Position numbers and translations under genes: made by a program | Origin: a virus | Taxonomy: Duplodnaviria; Caudoviricetes | DNA: 64,000 bases | Reading direction: 5' to 3' (one strand) | Virus record (IMG/VR): IMGVR_UViG_3300036985_005960 | Location: 1,765 to 65,764 of that record | The notes under the pieces: generated by a model | Database searches by the model: none | Told to the model about the DNA's origin: nothing | Seen by the model: only the letters and a program-made list of their open reading frames with translations | Shown: one piece after another, positions 1 to 13,700 of the stretch | Numbering within the stretch: the stretch's first letter is position 1 | Layout of the letters: each line of letters starts with the position of its first letter

Positions 1-2
1 AT

Positions 3-1706
3 AATATTCTAGATAGTTTCGATCAAGAAACAGTAAAGGATTTTGTTCAATTCTTAACTAATCATTTTTCTGATTCACAAATATTAACTTCTTATGAAGA
101 TAATATGGCGATAAAACATAAAATAGATTTGTTCGGATACAAAGTTGGTAAAGATGGCGGAAGAGTAACCTTAATGAACTTAAGAGTACTGATGGATTAT
201 TTCCAACAATACGATGATAATATGGGTGGAGAAAAAGAGATTATTAATTTATTCAGTAAAGTAATAAAATCTTCTCATAAGTTTTCTAATGGAATGTACG
301 CTTGGCCGGAGATGAACAAGAATAAGAGAGCTGTAAATAAAACATTTGGTACTTTAAACAGAAGTTTAGAAGATATTATAGAAGATGAAAGTGTACACGG
401 AAAGAATCTTTTTTCTGTTAGCATAGATTCTATACAATCTCCTCTATTATATTTATCGATAGAAAATATATTAAATTTATCTCAAGCTAATAATACAGAA
501 TCTACTAAGAAAATAATTAGCAAGTTTGAGTTATTATTAAATAAAATAGATAGTAGCAGTATAGAAGATATTGATGCATTATCTGACGAGGTTATTAATT
601 ATATGGATAAGGCTTCATCATCAGAAAAGATTGCGTTAGAAGAAGCAATAGAGAGATTATCAAAATCAGATATTAAACCTGTTGATACATTCTCTAACTT
701 AACAAAATTATATACTGATCCTAGCGAATTACAATCTGCTCTAGATAAAAATGTTGATCTATCAGATATAAATATATTATCACTTGGTAAATTAGGACAA
801 TTATTCTTTAAATATTATGATGCTAAAAATAATAATAATTTAGGAGTAATGGAAAGTTTAAAATCTCGTATTCTAGATGAGATTTCTCCTGTAAATCCGG
901 AAGTAGAATTAAAGCAAAAAACATATTTATTAGATAAGGAAAAGGAAAAAATTATATTAGATATAGAATCTAAATTAAATTCTGAGATACAATCTAAAAG
1001 TAATATTGAACCCGAAGTAGTTAGAGGAGATTACCAAAAATTATTAGATACAGCAAAATATTTTGTTAATAGTAAAGAAGAAACTAATACTGAATTGACA
1101 GGAAAATATCCTGTAATTTATAAATTGTATACAGAAATAGAAGAAGCTAGAAAAAATGATTTAAATAATGTGAAAGAAGCTTCTGAAATTTCTAAAATAG
1201 AGAAAATTTATGATAATTTTATTATGGATTTACATAATAAGGAAAAAATTAGTAGTGAGATAAAAGAAAAAATAGAAGATTCAAAACAAGCTATAGGAGA
1301 TGTAAATAAAAAATATAGCGAGGAATTAGAGAAATTAAATAAAAGTACTACAGAGAATGAAACAGAATTGTTAAATTCAATTAAATCACCTGATCAAAAA
1401 ATAGGTGAGGCTCTTGTTGAAATTAATAATATGATGACTGTATCTAATACTAATTTGTTCCCTAGTATACCTAATGTAAAAACTTTATCAGAAGACCAAA
1501 AAAGTCAGATGATATCTCTATTTTCTCAAGCTTCTAGCATAGAAAATGGATTACAAGATATTTATATAGCTTATATGAATGGTGAAGTAGAAGAAAGTAT
1601 TTTAGATAAATTGACATCAGTACTATTTGATACAAATGAAGATTTGTATTCAGCTGTAATGGAGTACAATAATAAACTAAAAACTTTTTGTCCTACTAAA
1701 ATATGA
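3..1706 (+). CDS. Large putative virion cargo/ejection protein, 5'-truncated by the window edge
   Basis: The frame is open from position 3 (NILDSFDQ...) into the annotated Met at 105. Helical, K/E/N-rich sequence; its only Cys is in the C-terminal FCPTKI. The stop overlaps the next start (ATGA). Confidence 0.6.
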   Translation, partial: NILDSFDQETVKDFVQFLTNHFSDSQILTSYEDNMAIKHKIDLFGYKVGKDGGRVTLMNLRVLMDYFQQYDDNMGGEKEIINLFSKVIKSSHKFSNGMYAWPEMNKNKRAVNKTFGTLNRSLEDIIEDESVHGKNLFSVSIDSIQSPLLYLSIENILNLSQANNTESTKKIISKFELLLNKIDSSSIEDIDALSDEVINYMDKASSSEKIALEEAIERLSKSDIKPVDTFSNLTKLYTDPSELQSALDKNVDLSDINILSLGKLGQLFFKYYDAKNNNNLGVMESLKSRILDEISPVNPEVELKQKTYLLDKEKEKIILDIESKLNSEIQSKSNIEPEVVRGDYQKLLDTAKYFVNSKEETNTELTGKYPVIYKLYTEIEEARKNDLNNVKEASEISKIEKIYDNFIMDLHNKEKISSEIKEKIEDSKQAIGDVNKKYSEELEKLNKSTTENETELLNSIKSPDQKIGEALVEINNMMTVSNTNLFPSIPNVKTLSEDQKSQMISLFSQASSIENGLQDIYIAYMNGEVEESILDKLTSVLFDTNEDLYSAVMEYNNKLKTFCPTKI

Positions 1707-4700
1707 GTAAAATAAACAAATGTATTGCTGCGGCCTATCAGATTAATAGTAATATTGATATGGCTTTGCGTTTTAAAGCTTCTGGAAAATTAGGATTTAA
1801 TGCTATGGATTATATAGCAGATTCTATATTAAATAACAGTCCGGAATTTATTAAGGCTTTAATTGGCAAGAACGATCCTGAAAATCTAGAACTTTACAAA
1901 CATTATTTAGACACAGTAGTTACTATTACGACTGCAAAAGTAGCTAGATTGTCTAGTACTAAATTTGATAATAAGATAACAGATGCTTATTCTAAATTAG
2001 GTATTCCTATGGATACTATGAGAAAAGAATTATCTGATCTTATAGAATCCAAATTATCAAAAATAGATCTTGGTATAATTGACGAAAATAAGTCTCTTGA
2101 GACTTTAACGCAATCTAATATTACAGGTTCTGAAAAAGATTTAACTTCTACAGACGCAACAGTAGAAATTAAAAATAATGTTGATGTAATACGAGATTTA
2201 GGTGTATTATCTTTCAGACCACTACCATTAATAAATAATTCTCAAGCAAATTATACCGAAATAATAAATCATTATTTCACTAGTAATCCTCAATTAATTG
2301 AAGAATTCGAAAAGTTATTCAAAGATACTTTTATGAATTCAATTTTTGATACAAATTTATATTCAGAAACACCATATAGAAATGTTAATGATGCTATATT
2401 AAATTCTAAATCTATAATGGAATCCTTAGCTCAAGGTTCTTCCCTAACATTAGAGAATGATATAGCTAATTATGCTGATTCAGATGTAAGTATTAGAAAT
2501 GGATATTATGCTCAAATAATAAATAATCATTTCTCTAATATTGCTTCTGATTTACTTCCTGGAATAGACTTTACTAAATTCGATTTTAATAAAGAAAATA
2601 ATTCTAGTATTTCATTTTCCGCTTCTATGAGCAGTGATAGTTCATATGATATGATGAATCAATTTATTAAGCAGTTATTATTAAATACTAATAAATTATC
2701 TGTTAATAAACAAGATTTATCTACTTCTATGTCTACTGGGAATAGTAGAATAACAGAATCTAATATTAATTATGCGCTTAAAACTACTCATGATTTAGAT
2801 CAATCAGATTTTGATCAATGGTGTAAAAACTTTAAATATGAAATTGATATCTTATCAAATTCAGAAGAGAAAGATATATTGTCTTCATTTTATTATAAAT
2901 ATTTTGCTACGGAACCTTATATGGTTGACAACATAGCAAAACAATCTCTTAATTATATTGCAAAAAATAGTGATAAAATATCAGAAGAAGACAGACAAAA
3001 TATACATAATATAGTAACTAATACTTACAACCATTTTGCTGGAAATTTAAATGCTGAATCTAATATATTTATTAATGACAAGATCACTTTAACACAGCAT
3101 TTACATGCTGAGGCTGCTAGTCAATTGATAGAGTCTTTTAAAAATGGTTTAGTACTATATACAGGAGGTACACAGACTTTAAAAGCTGATGTTCTTAAGA
3201 AAATATCAATAGAGCAAAACAATGAGAATTTAATTATAAAGATAAATAAACACGAAATAAAAGTATCTTTAAACAAGAATAATGGATTAACTTATATTCA
3301 AGTAGAAGAGCCTTTATCTGATGCAGTAAATGCTTCTTTAATGAAGATTCTACTCGGTGATAATTCATTAATAAATAAACGCCCTGTTTTAAAGGATTAT
3401 ATTATCAATAATAAAGGTAATGATTTTGAATTAACAAATTTAATTGCCAATATTGCCTGGGTATTAAAATCTAAACAAGATCCTAAAGCAATACAAGATA
3501 TTATTAATTCTCAACAGTCTAATGCTTTAAAACCTGTCATATTTGATTCTAATCAATTAGATTTAAAAGACACTTTATTTAATGCTATTGATAAAGGAAA
3601 TTCTAATTCTAGATCTAATATAGTGCCAAAACTTATTGAATCTTCAAAAAGAATAAGCATGGCTATTAAATCTAAGAGACTTAACTTAAATAGAGATATT
3701 GTCTCTAATATAATGAAGTCTAATATGATGTATTCTACTGAATCTAATATAAGAGAGGTGGAGAAAAAAGCTAAAGAAGGAGTAAAGACTTTGTTGGGTA
3801 ATAATTTATTTGTAAAAAGAAAATTTAAAGTTGTACAATATTATGCTTTAGAAGGATTAAAAATAGGAGATACAAGTAAAACTCTTTCTCAATTGTCAGA
3901 GAAAGAACAACAACATTTATTAATCTCTTCATTTGCATCATCTGCAATAACAAGTAATTATAGACAAGGATTAGTATTATTAACTATACCATCTGATAAA
4001 TCAAATATTACAGCTCCATTAATAGAATCATTAGGTAATAATTTAGATTTTATGCCGGTTCATAATGTTAATGGATTTGTAACTCTTAACAAGCCAGCTT
4101 TAGTATCTCAACTTATAGATACCAAAAAAACATTTCATACAGATTTAGCTAATCAAATAGTTTCTTTATGGAAAGCAGAAATTAGTAAAAATATGTCTAG
4201 TAATGTAGAATTATTAGCTAAACTAAATTCTGTTAAGGATATAAATGAATTACAAAATTTTGCTAAAGAAAATAAAATACCAGTTGATATTTTAAAAAGT
4301 TTAACTAGCGAAATACATTATAAAACTGCTTATAGCAAAGACGGTAATTATGCAGTAATTGGAGATATTTTTCTTTCCAACTATAATACTTGGAATGATC
4401 CAACCAAATCTTCAGATAAAGTAAAAGAATTAGAAAGAGATTTCTTTAATCAATTAATTAAAGACGGATACTATAAAAATAAAAAATTAACTATAGATTT
4501 ACCATACGATATTAATAAAGCTTTGTCTAATAGATTTCCAAAAAATCCTACTAGTTCTTTATTATTATCTTATTTCTATGCTAGTGCTACCATGACTAGT
4601 GAAGTAAATAATTTAGTAGGAGCATCTATATATCAATTTAAGGATGGAGAAAGAGATTCTAAATCTAAAATTGAGAAAACAGCAAAAATATTATTTGATA

Positions 4701-7700
4701 AAAAAGTTGCACAAGCTGCAATAGACAAAAAATCTATTGATGAAGCTGCAGTATATGAAGAGGTTTACGCTTCTGTAAGACATAATGAATTATACAGTAA
4801 TATGTATATGAATCAAATCAAACGTAATGCTCCTTTAACTTCCGGTATAGAAAAGCTAAGATTAGCTTCAAAGAAAGAAAAGGGATTAATGTTTGAAAAG
4901 GTTGCTTATTCAGCTGTAGTAGAAGATAACGTTTCATTTGTAGAATTATTAGGTGCTTTATCTCCGGACTTAAAACAAGAATCTACGGATGCTGTATGTT
5001 TTGTTAGCTGGTTCTATCATAAAAAGATGGCTAATAGTATTGGTGGAGTTTACTCTACTAATTTTGAAGAAGATGCACCGTTAAAAGATATTACATTATC
5101 AAAAGATTCTGTAACAGGTGTACTTACTATACAAAAGAAAGCTTCTTTTAAATTAAGTATAGAGCATTTAAAGAATGGTAGTCCTTTGTTACAAAAGGCA
5201 TTTATTAAAATGCATAATACAATAAAATTTAATAATCCATTTAATACTAATGGGATTATATGTAGTTCAGTATATGACGTATGGGTTGCTAATGGTGGAT
5301 GGGGAAATATGCAAACTGCATTTGAGAAAACGGCAGAATTCTTAGCAGAAAATACAGAATATAGAAATCAATATATAGAAATATTGAATTTTAAAAGTGC
5401 AGAGAAAACAGGAAATTCTAGTATAAACTCTTTTGAATCTTTAAATGATTTAAACCAACCGTTGCTATATAAAGAAATTAACATGCTAAATCATGGTAAT
5501 ATCTTAAGAGCAGGACATGATACAGATACAACAGATAAGACTGGTAATAAATCTGATTTATCTACTCCTACTCAAATTGTTACAGCATTAGGATTAGAAG
5601 GTGCAACACAAGATTTATCTAATGAGGTTTATAAAGCTTTAGAGCATATTTCAATAAATGAATTAAATGCTTTCAATGAAGATATTAAAGATAAGGCTGT
5701 TCATATACTTCAAAAAAAGATAGAGACTTCAGACAACACATTAAACATTGGTGCAGAAAAGATAGCAAATATTTTCTTATTAGTTAATAAACATAAGCTA
5801 CATATAAAATTATCAGAAAATGAAGAATCTGAATTACTTGGATATTTAACAGAATATAGTGCTATCGAAGCAGCAAAAAATTATATTTTCAAAGATATAA
5901 CAAAGAAAGCTTTAGCAACAAGAGAAACACATGGTCCAGGGACAGACTTGATTAATAAAGTTAATCCTGATTGGGGATCATTACAACTTAAATCAGTTTT
6001 AAGAACTGCGTTGGCTTCACATTTAGATTCATTAACTATCAAATTAAAAATGTCAGGAGGGCAACACGTTGTTGCAACAGCAGAAAAGTTTTTACAAGTA
6101 TTCACAACACCAAATGGCGCAAGATTAACAAGATCTTCTTATAATAAAGTAGCACCAAAAAATACATTAATTACAAAAAATAATAGACACTTATATTCAT
6201 TTACTGATTTAGTTACTGTTGATAACGATCCTAAATTATATGCATTTGGTGATCTTACAGAAGAAATATTAGAAAATAATATAGTAAATGGTATTGATTT
6301 AGAATCAGAAAATCTAATTTCGGAATTATCTTTTATGAAATATTTTAGATATGATGAAAATGGAAAGAGACTATATTTTGGCACAGCAGAATCTAATACA
6401 GATGTAATATACAATCAATTAAAAAATGCCGTTACAGAAGGAGATAGAAGAAATTTAGAGCATGAAATACAAATAATCTTAAATAAAGATCATTGGATTA
6501 CAGAATCTACAGAATTTATTACTCCAATGATGCATTTAGCATCTTATAATTTAAAAACTTCTGATGATATAACAGATATTATAGGTGATGTAGATGTTTA
6601 CGCTCCGAATTCTGAAAAAGAAATTATTAATAACTCAGAATCATTCTTTAGAAAACGCCTTAATGAGATTGCTTCTAATAATTTAAATTTATCTTTGCTT
6701 GTGAAGAGTAAAAATAAACAGGGATTATTATTAGATTTATTTTCCACTAGAAGAAATGGAGAGTTAAGAATAAAACTGGCAACGACTTCTGGTATAGTTG
6801 ATATAGATAAAACTATTAAAAATTTAAAGTATAATCTTAAAGGTGTAAACAGTATTGAAGCTGATACTTTTATATCAGAAATAAGAGAATCCTTAAAAAG
6901 TACCGAACAAAATATATTAAAAGCAGAAGGTGATCCTAAAGATGTATCATTATATAATAGTACATTAGGCTTATTAGGTATTAGTGCCAAAGCAAAACAA
7001 AGACTTGTTATTGACAAGCTAGCAATTTCGCAATCTAATGCTTTCTACAAAGTATTAGAATTTGTAACTTGCCGTATACCTTCTCAAGGAAAACAATCTG
7101 GTACAGTAGGACGAAGTATAGGGTTTATAAATGATACCAAAAATACTTTTTATACAGGTGTTGTCTTTACTAAATTAACTGGTCAAGATCACGATAATGA
7201 TAAACTTAATACAGTAGTTTTATCTGTCAATGAATTTGGAGAAATATATGATTATACTAAATATTTAGATGAAAATGGAAAAATATCTAGTGATAAACAA
7301 GAGGAAGTAAAAAGAAATATAATTACAGAACTAAGTGAAAAGTTTAAATCAGAAAGTGTTAGCGAACTTTCTAATAGAATAAATAATGCTTTAGCTTCTG
7401 AAAAAAATTATCTTATAAATGCATTAAAAAATTATGCATATGATAAGATGAAAGAAACTTTTAAATCATCTAAGAATGCTATAGAAAGTCAGACACCTAT
7501 TTCTATGGATTCAATACAAAGTGCTGTTAGTAAAGTTGGTACTATCTATGAAACTTCAAAAGAAGATATAGAAGAAGATGATAAAGGAATATCTAACTTA
7601 TCTGCTGCAAATTTTAGTCCTGATAATATTGCTGGTGTACCTTCTTTAATAAAAATATTAACAGTAGGTAAAGGTGTTGTTGGTATTGCTGCTAATAATA

Positions 7701-10700
7701 TGAAGATATTTGGTGCAGTATTTAATGCTAATAGCCAGGACATAGAAAAAACTTATACAAGATTCTTTGTAAATCCAGAAATGGAGAACTTGCCATTTGC
7801 TCAATCAAAAGAATATATGGATCTTTACAAAGAAACATTTGATCTTCAGAATGATTATGATTCTAATAACATGAGTCATACTGTAAAAATATTTGTTGAG
7901 GAAAAAGATGGATCTGTTAGTGTAAAAAAATCTGATGGAATAGCTAACATAAAAAGTGTTAATTTTGAGAAATCAAAAGATATCGCTGTTATTGCTGTAG
8001 CTAATAAATTCTATGAAGAAAATAATAGTTTAGTACCAGATTCTGAAGCATTTAACGATGCACTAGAACTCGAAGTAAGAAAATATTTAGATGCTAAAAA
8101 TATAACTACTCAACAAGCTTGGGAGTATATTTCTGAATTATTATCTGCTGCAACGGATAATGCTAAAGAGTTTATCTTAGGTCGTATTGGTGCTGATATG
8201 TCAACATCTGGTATTATCTCTAATATGTTGATGTTAGGTTTTGATTTAAAAACTTCTATTGATTTAATAAATAATCCTACTGTACAAGAAATATTTAAAA
8301 AATCAGAAAGAACAAGAGAATTAAACTATAGCGGAAGAGCAGTAGGTATAAGAGAAGGTATAAAAGAACATATAAGAACTAAAGCAGGTAAGTATACTTT
8401 TGATGCTGAAACTTTAAATGCTACAAATAGAGCAAAAGCTAGTAAAAATAGATACAATAAATTATTAGAAAACAAAAAAAATTCTGTTCAATTTTTATCT
8501 GAAGGAGCAAAACCATTTTCAGCATTAGTACAAAATGATATCAACAGTATATTGTCAAAAGATATTACTGTAAGCCCTTCAGAATATGCTACTATGTGCA
8601 AAAAATTAACGGATAAATATCCTGCATATAGCTTCATTAGAACAAGTAAATTAGTATCAGATAATAAAAATTTAAGAAATTTAATTAATATCGTAAAGAA
8701 TAGCGATACTACTTATGTTTTAGGCTATAAACAAGAAAATGACTATAAATCAGTATTAGCAGCTGCAGCTCTTTACTTTAATAAAACAGTATACTTTTTA
8801 AATGCTAAAGGAGAAGTAACGGATACTATTAATGGATCTAGCTTACCAGTAGCATTAGGTTCTAATTATAGTATAATAAATAATTTAAATGTAGATTTAA
8901 ATCCAGCTACAATCAATGATTCTTTATTTGATGAAAATAATGGTATCAATAGCTTTGATTTAATGTACACTATGCAAGTAGAATCAGCTAAACAAGAGTT
9001 CGAAAAAGCTGAGAACTTTAAAGCATTAGTATTAAATAAATTCTTATTAGACGGACCAAGACAATTATTACAATTCTTAGATGCACTAGATGAGTCAAGA
9101 TTATTAGGTGGTGTATTAAATATTAATCAAGGTATTAAAATAACAGATTGGGAAGAATCTGCTTATCTAGCTAAGGTTCAAACAAGTTTGGAAAATGGTA
9201 CACAATCTTCTTTGTCACAAAAGATAGATGATTTATTAAATAATACTAATATACCAAACAATTTACATAAATTTTATAATATACCATTTGTATTAAGTAA
9301 GAATCCACATTTTTTAGCTAGTATAAAAGTACAATTATTTAATCACATTGCTAATAATGAATTAAATAATATACAAAATATAATCACTTCTTTAGCACAA
9401 GATTTTGATTCATCTACCGAGAGTACTGAAGATGAATCTCTTATGATGTTGAATGAATATAGAATGGAGAAGAGTTATAAATCTATAGCAGAAATTCCTT
9501 ATAATTATGCAATATACAAAATGTATAATAGAACGGATCTTCCTGATGATTTTAAAGCTATTTCTTTTAAATTAGAAAACAATACTTTCTCTTTTAATTT
9601 AAGTAATGCTGAAGAAAGATTTAGCTTCTTAAATACATTGCCTCAAATTATTGATGAACTTAAGGAGTTACATCCTGCATTAAAAAATAATTTGTTTTTA
9701 CAATCATTAAGAATAGATTCATTAGTTGATAGTTTTACGGGTAATTCAATGCCTATAATTAAAACTGGTAATCTAATGGAATTAGAAGAATCAGAGAGAG
9801 CAAAATTAAAATTATCTTTTGATACTTTAAATAATGACAAAGAATTGGAAGTAAAATCATTATATAATGCTTTAGTTCATTACAGTATTATAATGAATAA
9901 AGGTGGTAATGACAAAAATTCTTTCTCCTTATTAATTAATCAGTTAGGTAATATATTTAATGAATGGCATAATACATTATCTAGTTTAACAAAAGAAGAA
10001 GTATTATCAGCTGTTAGTACTACTGGTGATGCTAGTATTTTGTTATCTCCGGAATCTATTATGATGAAATCAACAGCTCAAAGACAAAATGTTAGTTTTG
10101 ATGATATTGATTTAACATCAGACTTTGAAGCAGATTTAGCAGAACAAGGTATTTTTAGTAGAAAAAGTGGTAATAGAAAAAATAAATTTTTGCATGCACC
10201 AAAGAAAACTAGAACAACACCAAATATTATAAGATCTAAGGAATATCCTGATTTAGTTTTTATGTGGGGTAAAGATCATAACAATGAAGAAAAATTCATG
10301 CTTATCACTCCTAAAGCTAATCCTAAATCTGTTATATTAGATTTTAGCAATAATAACTTCGGAGATTTAAATAGAGTTGGATGGCAATTAGGACACACTG
10401 CTAATATAGATCAATTTAGAGTAGGACAAGTAGTTTACCCTATAATAGGAAGTAACCCAGAAGCTTATGCCGTAATTGTAGATAATAAATGGATTAATGT
10501 TTTAAAAGATGATTTAAAATCTTTTAATCCTAATATGGTGTTTGATGGTTTAAGAATTGGAAAAAGAGCTTCTAATGATTCTGACACTAACGAAACTGAA
10601 GACTATAAACTGTCTGGTTTAACTAAAGATCTTAATATGTATATTGGAGGTGTTAGTTACAGAATAACAGAGGAAATACCTTCTAACACTAAAAAAGGTG

Positions 10701-13700
10701 ACACAATAGTTAAAGGGCAAACTGTTAGATACGGCCAACAAAATATTCCAGTAGATGTAGAATACTTAGGCAATGTTTCTTCCGATGAAATATTGAATAC
10801 TTATTTTAGCGGAATGTCATATGAAGATAAGAGACTTGTTGAAAGAAATAAAAAGAATGGTAAAGATCAATCTTACCATGTGGTACAGGTAAAATTACTT
10901 GAACGACCTAAAATAATCTCTTCATCATCTTTCTTAAAAGTTATTACAGATAGCAAAGAAGCTAATGCAGTATTAGAAAAAGGCGCAACTTATTTCATGA
11001 GTAAGCCAGAATTAACCAAACTTAACAGAGGTAATAACATTATTTCTTTAGGAATTGGTAGAAATAGTCAATCTTTTATATTGTCAAAGATAAATGATAG
11101 TCTTTATACTCTAGACGAATATGTTAAATATACTGGTTCTTTATCAACTGCAGCATTAAATTTAGGAATTTCAGAATATGAATTGACAAAGAAATTAGCT
11201 AATCCGGAAGAAAAAAAGACATTTATTTATAAATTATATCCTTACGATAGCAAAAGCAATTTTATTAATTCAAGACAAGAAATTAATATGGTTGGTAAAA
11301 TTGATAAGCCAGCTTTAGAAGGAGTAAATATATACCAATTAAAACATACTAAATTAGGATCTGATTTGTCAGAAGTTTTTGGGTATACTTTAAAAGATTT
11401 TTCTTCGTCAACATCTTCAAGAAGAGATTTAGAAAAAGTGAAACAAGCATTAAAAGAACAAGATAGTTTTGATGATAGCATTATTGATAATAATATAGAT
11501 TTAATTAACTCTTTGATATCTTCTTCGACAAACATATTGTTTACTAATATGAAGGATAATACTTCTGTTGGTTTAAAAGGAAATGCAAGATTATTAAACG
11601 AATTTTTGGAATTAAATAAGTTATCTATTGATGATGTTAAAAATAGATTTGATTCTATAAAACAATCTTTAAATCTAAACAATAAAGATTTAGAAATTGC
11701 CTTTACATTATTATCAGAACATATAGAAAAAAATAAGAGTAGAAATCAATCTAAAAATTTCACCTCATATACTAATAATTTAGAATTACAGGCTGCTATA
11801 TTATCTGGTAAACCTTTATTTGTGTTCAATAAAAATAGAGATCAATGGCAAGAATATAATTATAAAAGTAATATGTTCGAAGATTGCAATCTACCATTAT
11901 TTGTTGGCAATGAAGTTACTATGTCAGGGGTGGAAAGACAACTAGAAAGTAATCATGATCTAGAAATACTTACTTCTCTTTTGACACATAATAATAAATT
12001 CAGAGAATTAAGCGATGGTACTCTTGGTAAATTTAGTGTTCATGGAGAGTTATCTCTTTCTGGTGTTCCAATAAATGAGGAAATTAATTCTTCTATTAAT
12101 AGCTACAACTCTAAATCAGATAGTACAGAAGATTTTTACACTTCAAAGAGTGATGAAATGTTCTTATTTAAAAATGAAAAGAATAATCCTTTTATATCGT
12201 CATCTGTTTCAGGAGATTTAATTAGAAAAGTAATTACTCTTGATGGTCAAGAATTTCCATTAGAAGATTTCAGAGAACAAGAGAATGTTGTATTAACAAA
12301 ATATGCTGATGGAGCTGTAAAAATAATTCTTACAACAAGTTACGGAGAAGTTACTTATGTAAGTATGTCACCGGAATTAATAGCAGAATACTCTAACTTT
12401 ACTGGAGAGGAACAATATGATAATTTCAAATTCAAAATAGGAGATAAATATTTTATTTTCAATAATATATTAAAAATAAAGGATGTCAGATCATTTGAAT
12501 TAAGAGATCAATTAAAGACTGAAAAAGAACAATTAAAAAAATTAGGCTTAATAGCTGCGGATCATTTTAATAATGTTATCACGCCTTTGTACAAAAGCTT
12601 AAGATTTCCAAAGAATGCAGATCCTTCTAAATCATTTAGATTCAAAGGTATAGATTCATATAATGGCTTTATTACTTGGATTAGTTCTGATAATGATTTT
12701 GATTTTTCAGAAGAAGAAAAGGTTCTTGTAGAAAAATTAATAGAAGAGAACAAGAAATACAAAAATATGGTGCAGTCAACAAGAGATTTTGTTGAGGCAT
12801 TACGTGCCAAATTTTCTAGTTCTTTGGATGCAAAAGCATCAAACATATCTTTTACAAATCCTTCAACAGAAGTTTTAGTATTCTTAACAGATGGTTTTAA
12901 TTTTGGACAAAACACTTTAATTGAAAAATTACAAAGAGATAAAGGGTTATCTTTAGCATTATCTAATTTTGATACTCAATTAGCATACGATAAAACTAAT
13001 AGCTTATTCTATTTAAAATTATTTACAGAAAATAAAATAGCTGATAATGGTGCATTAATAAAATCTATTGGAAAATTATTATATACTGCACAAGAAGATC
13101 TTGATAAAAATAAAGATTTAGCTAAGACTTTTATTTTAGATTTACCAGTAAATGGTTTAGAAGAAAAAGTATTTGGGGATATGACAGGATATGATGCTGG
13201 AAGAGCTATCTCTAGAGCTTTATCACTTTTGAAATCAAGAAATACATGGCCTAGCAATTTAGTTTTATCAAGTAGATTAGCAGAATTTGTAAATTCTACA
13301 GACGGTTTCATAAATCTTGCAACAATAAATAGAACTAAACCTTTCGAAGTTGTACACTTATCAAGTGAGTCTAATAACATTTACAATTTTAGAGGAGCTG
13401 ACTTCATGCAAAGAAATATGACCTCTGGGTCTGCTTCTACTATAGCTTCAACATGGGCAAATTGGCTAGGTACCGAAAGTAAAAATCTTTATGCTGCTAG
13501 TGAAATTGGTAGTATAGTACAATCTAGATTTAATGGCAATGAAGAAAAAGCATTTAAATCTTTATTGACACTATGGGCTCAACAAAATCCTAAAGCATTC
13601 AACAGAATTGCTTTTGATATTGGAAATAAATCTATTTTAGATTATTACGGAAAAGGAAATAAATTTTCTGTTGCAAGTGCTTTGGCATCAGTGTTAAATG

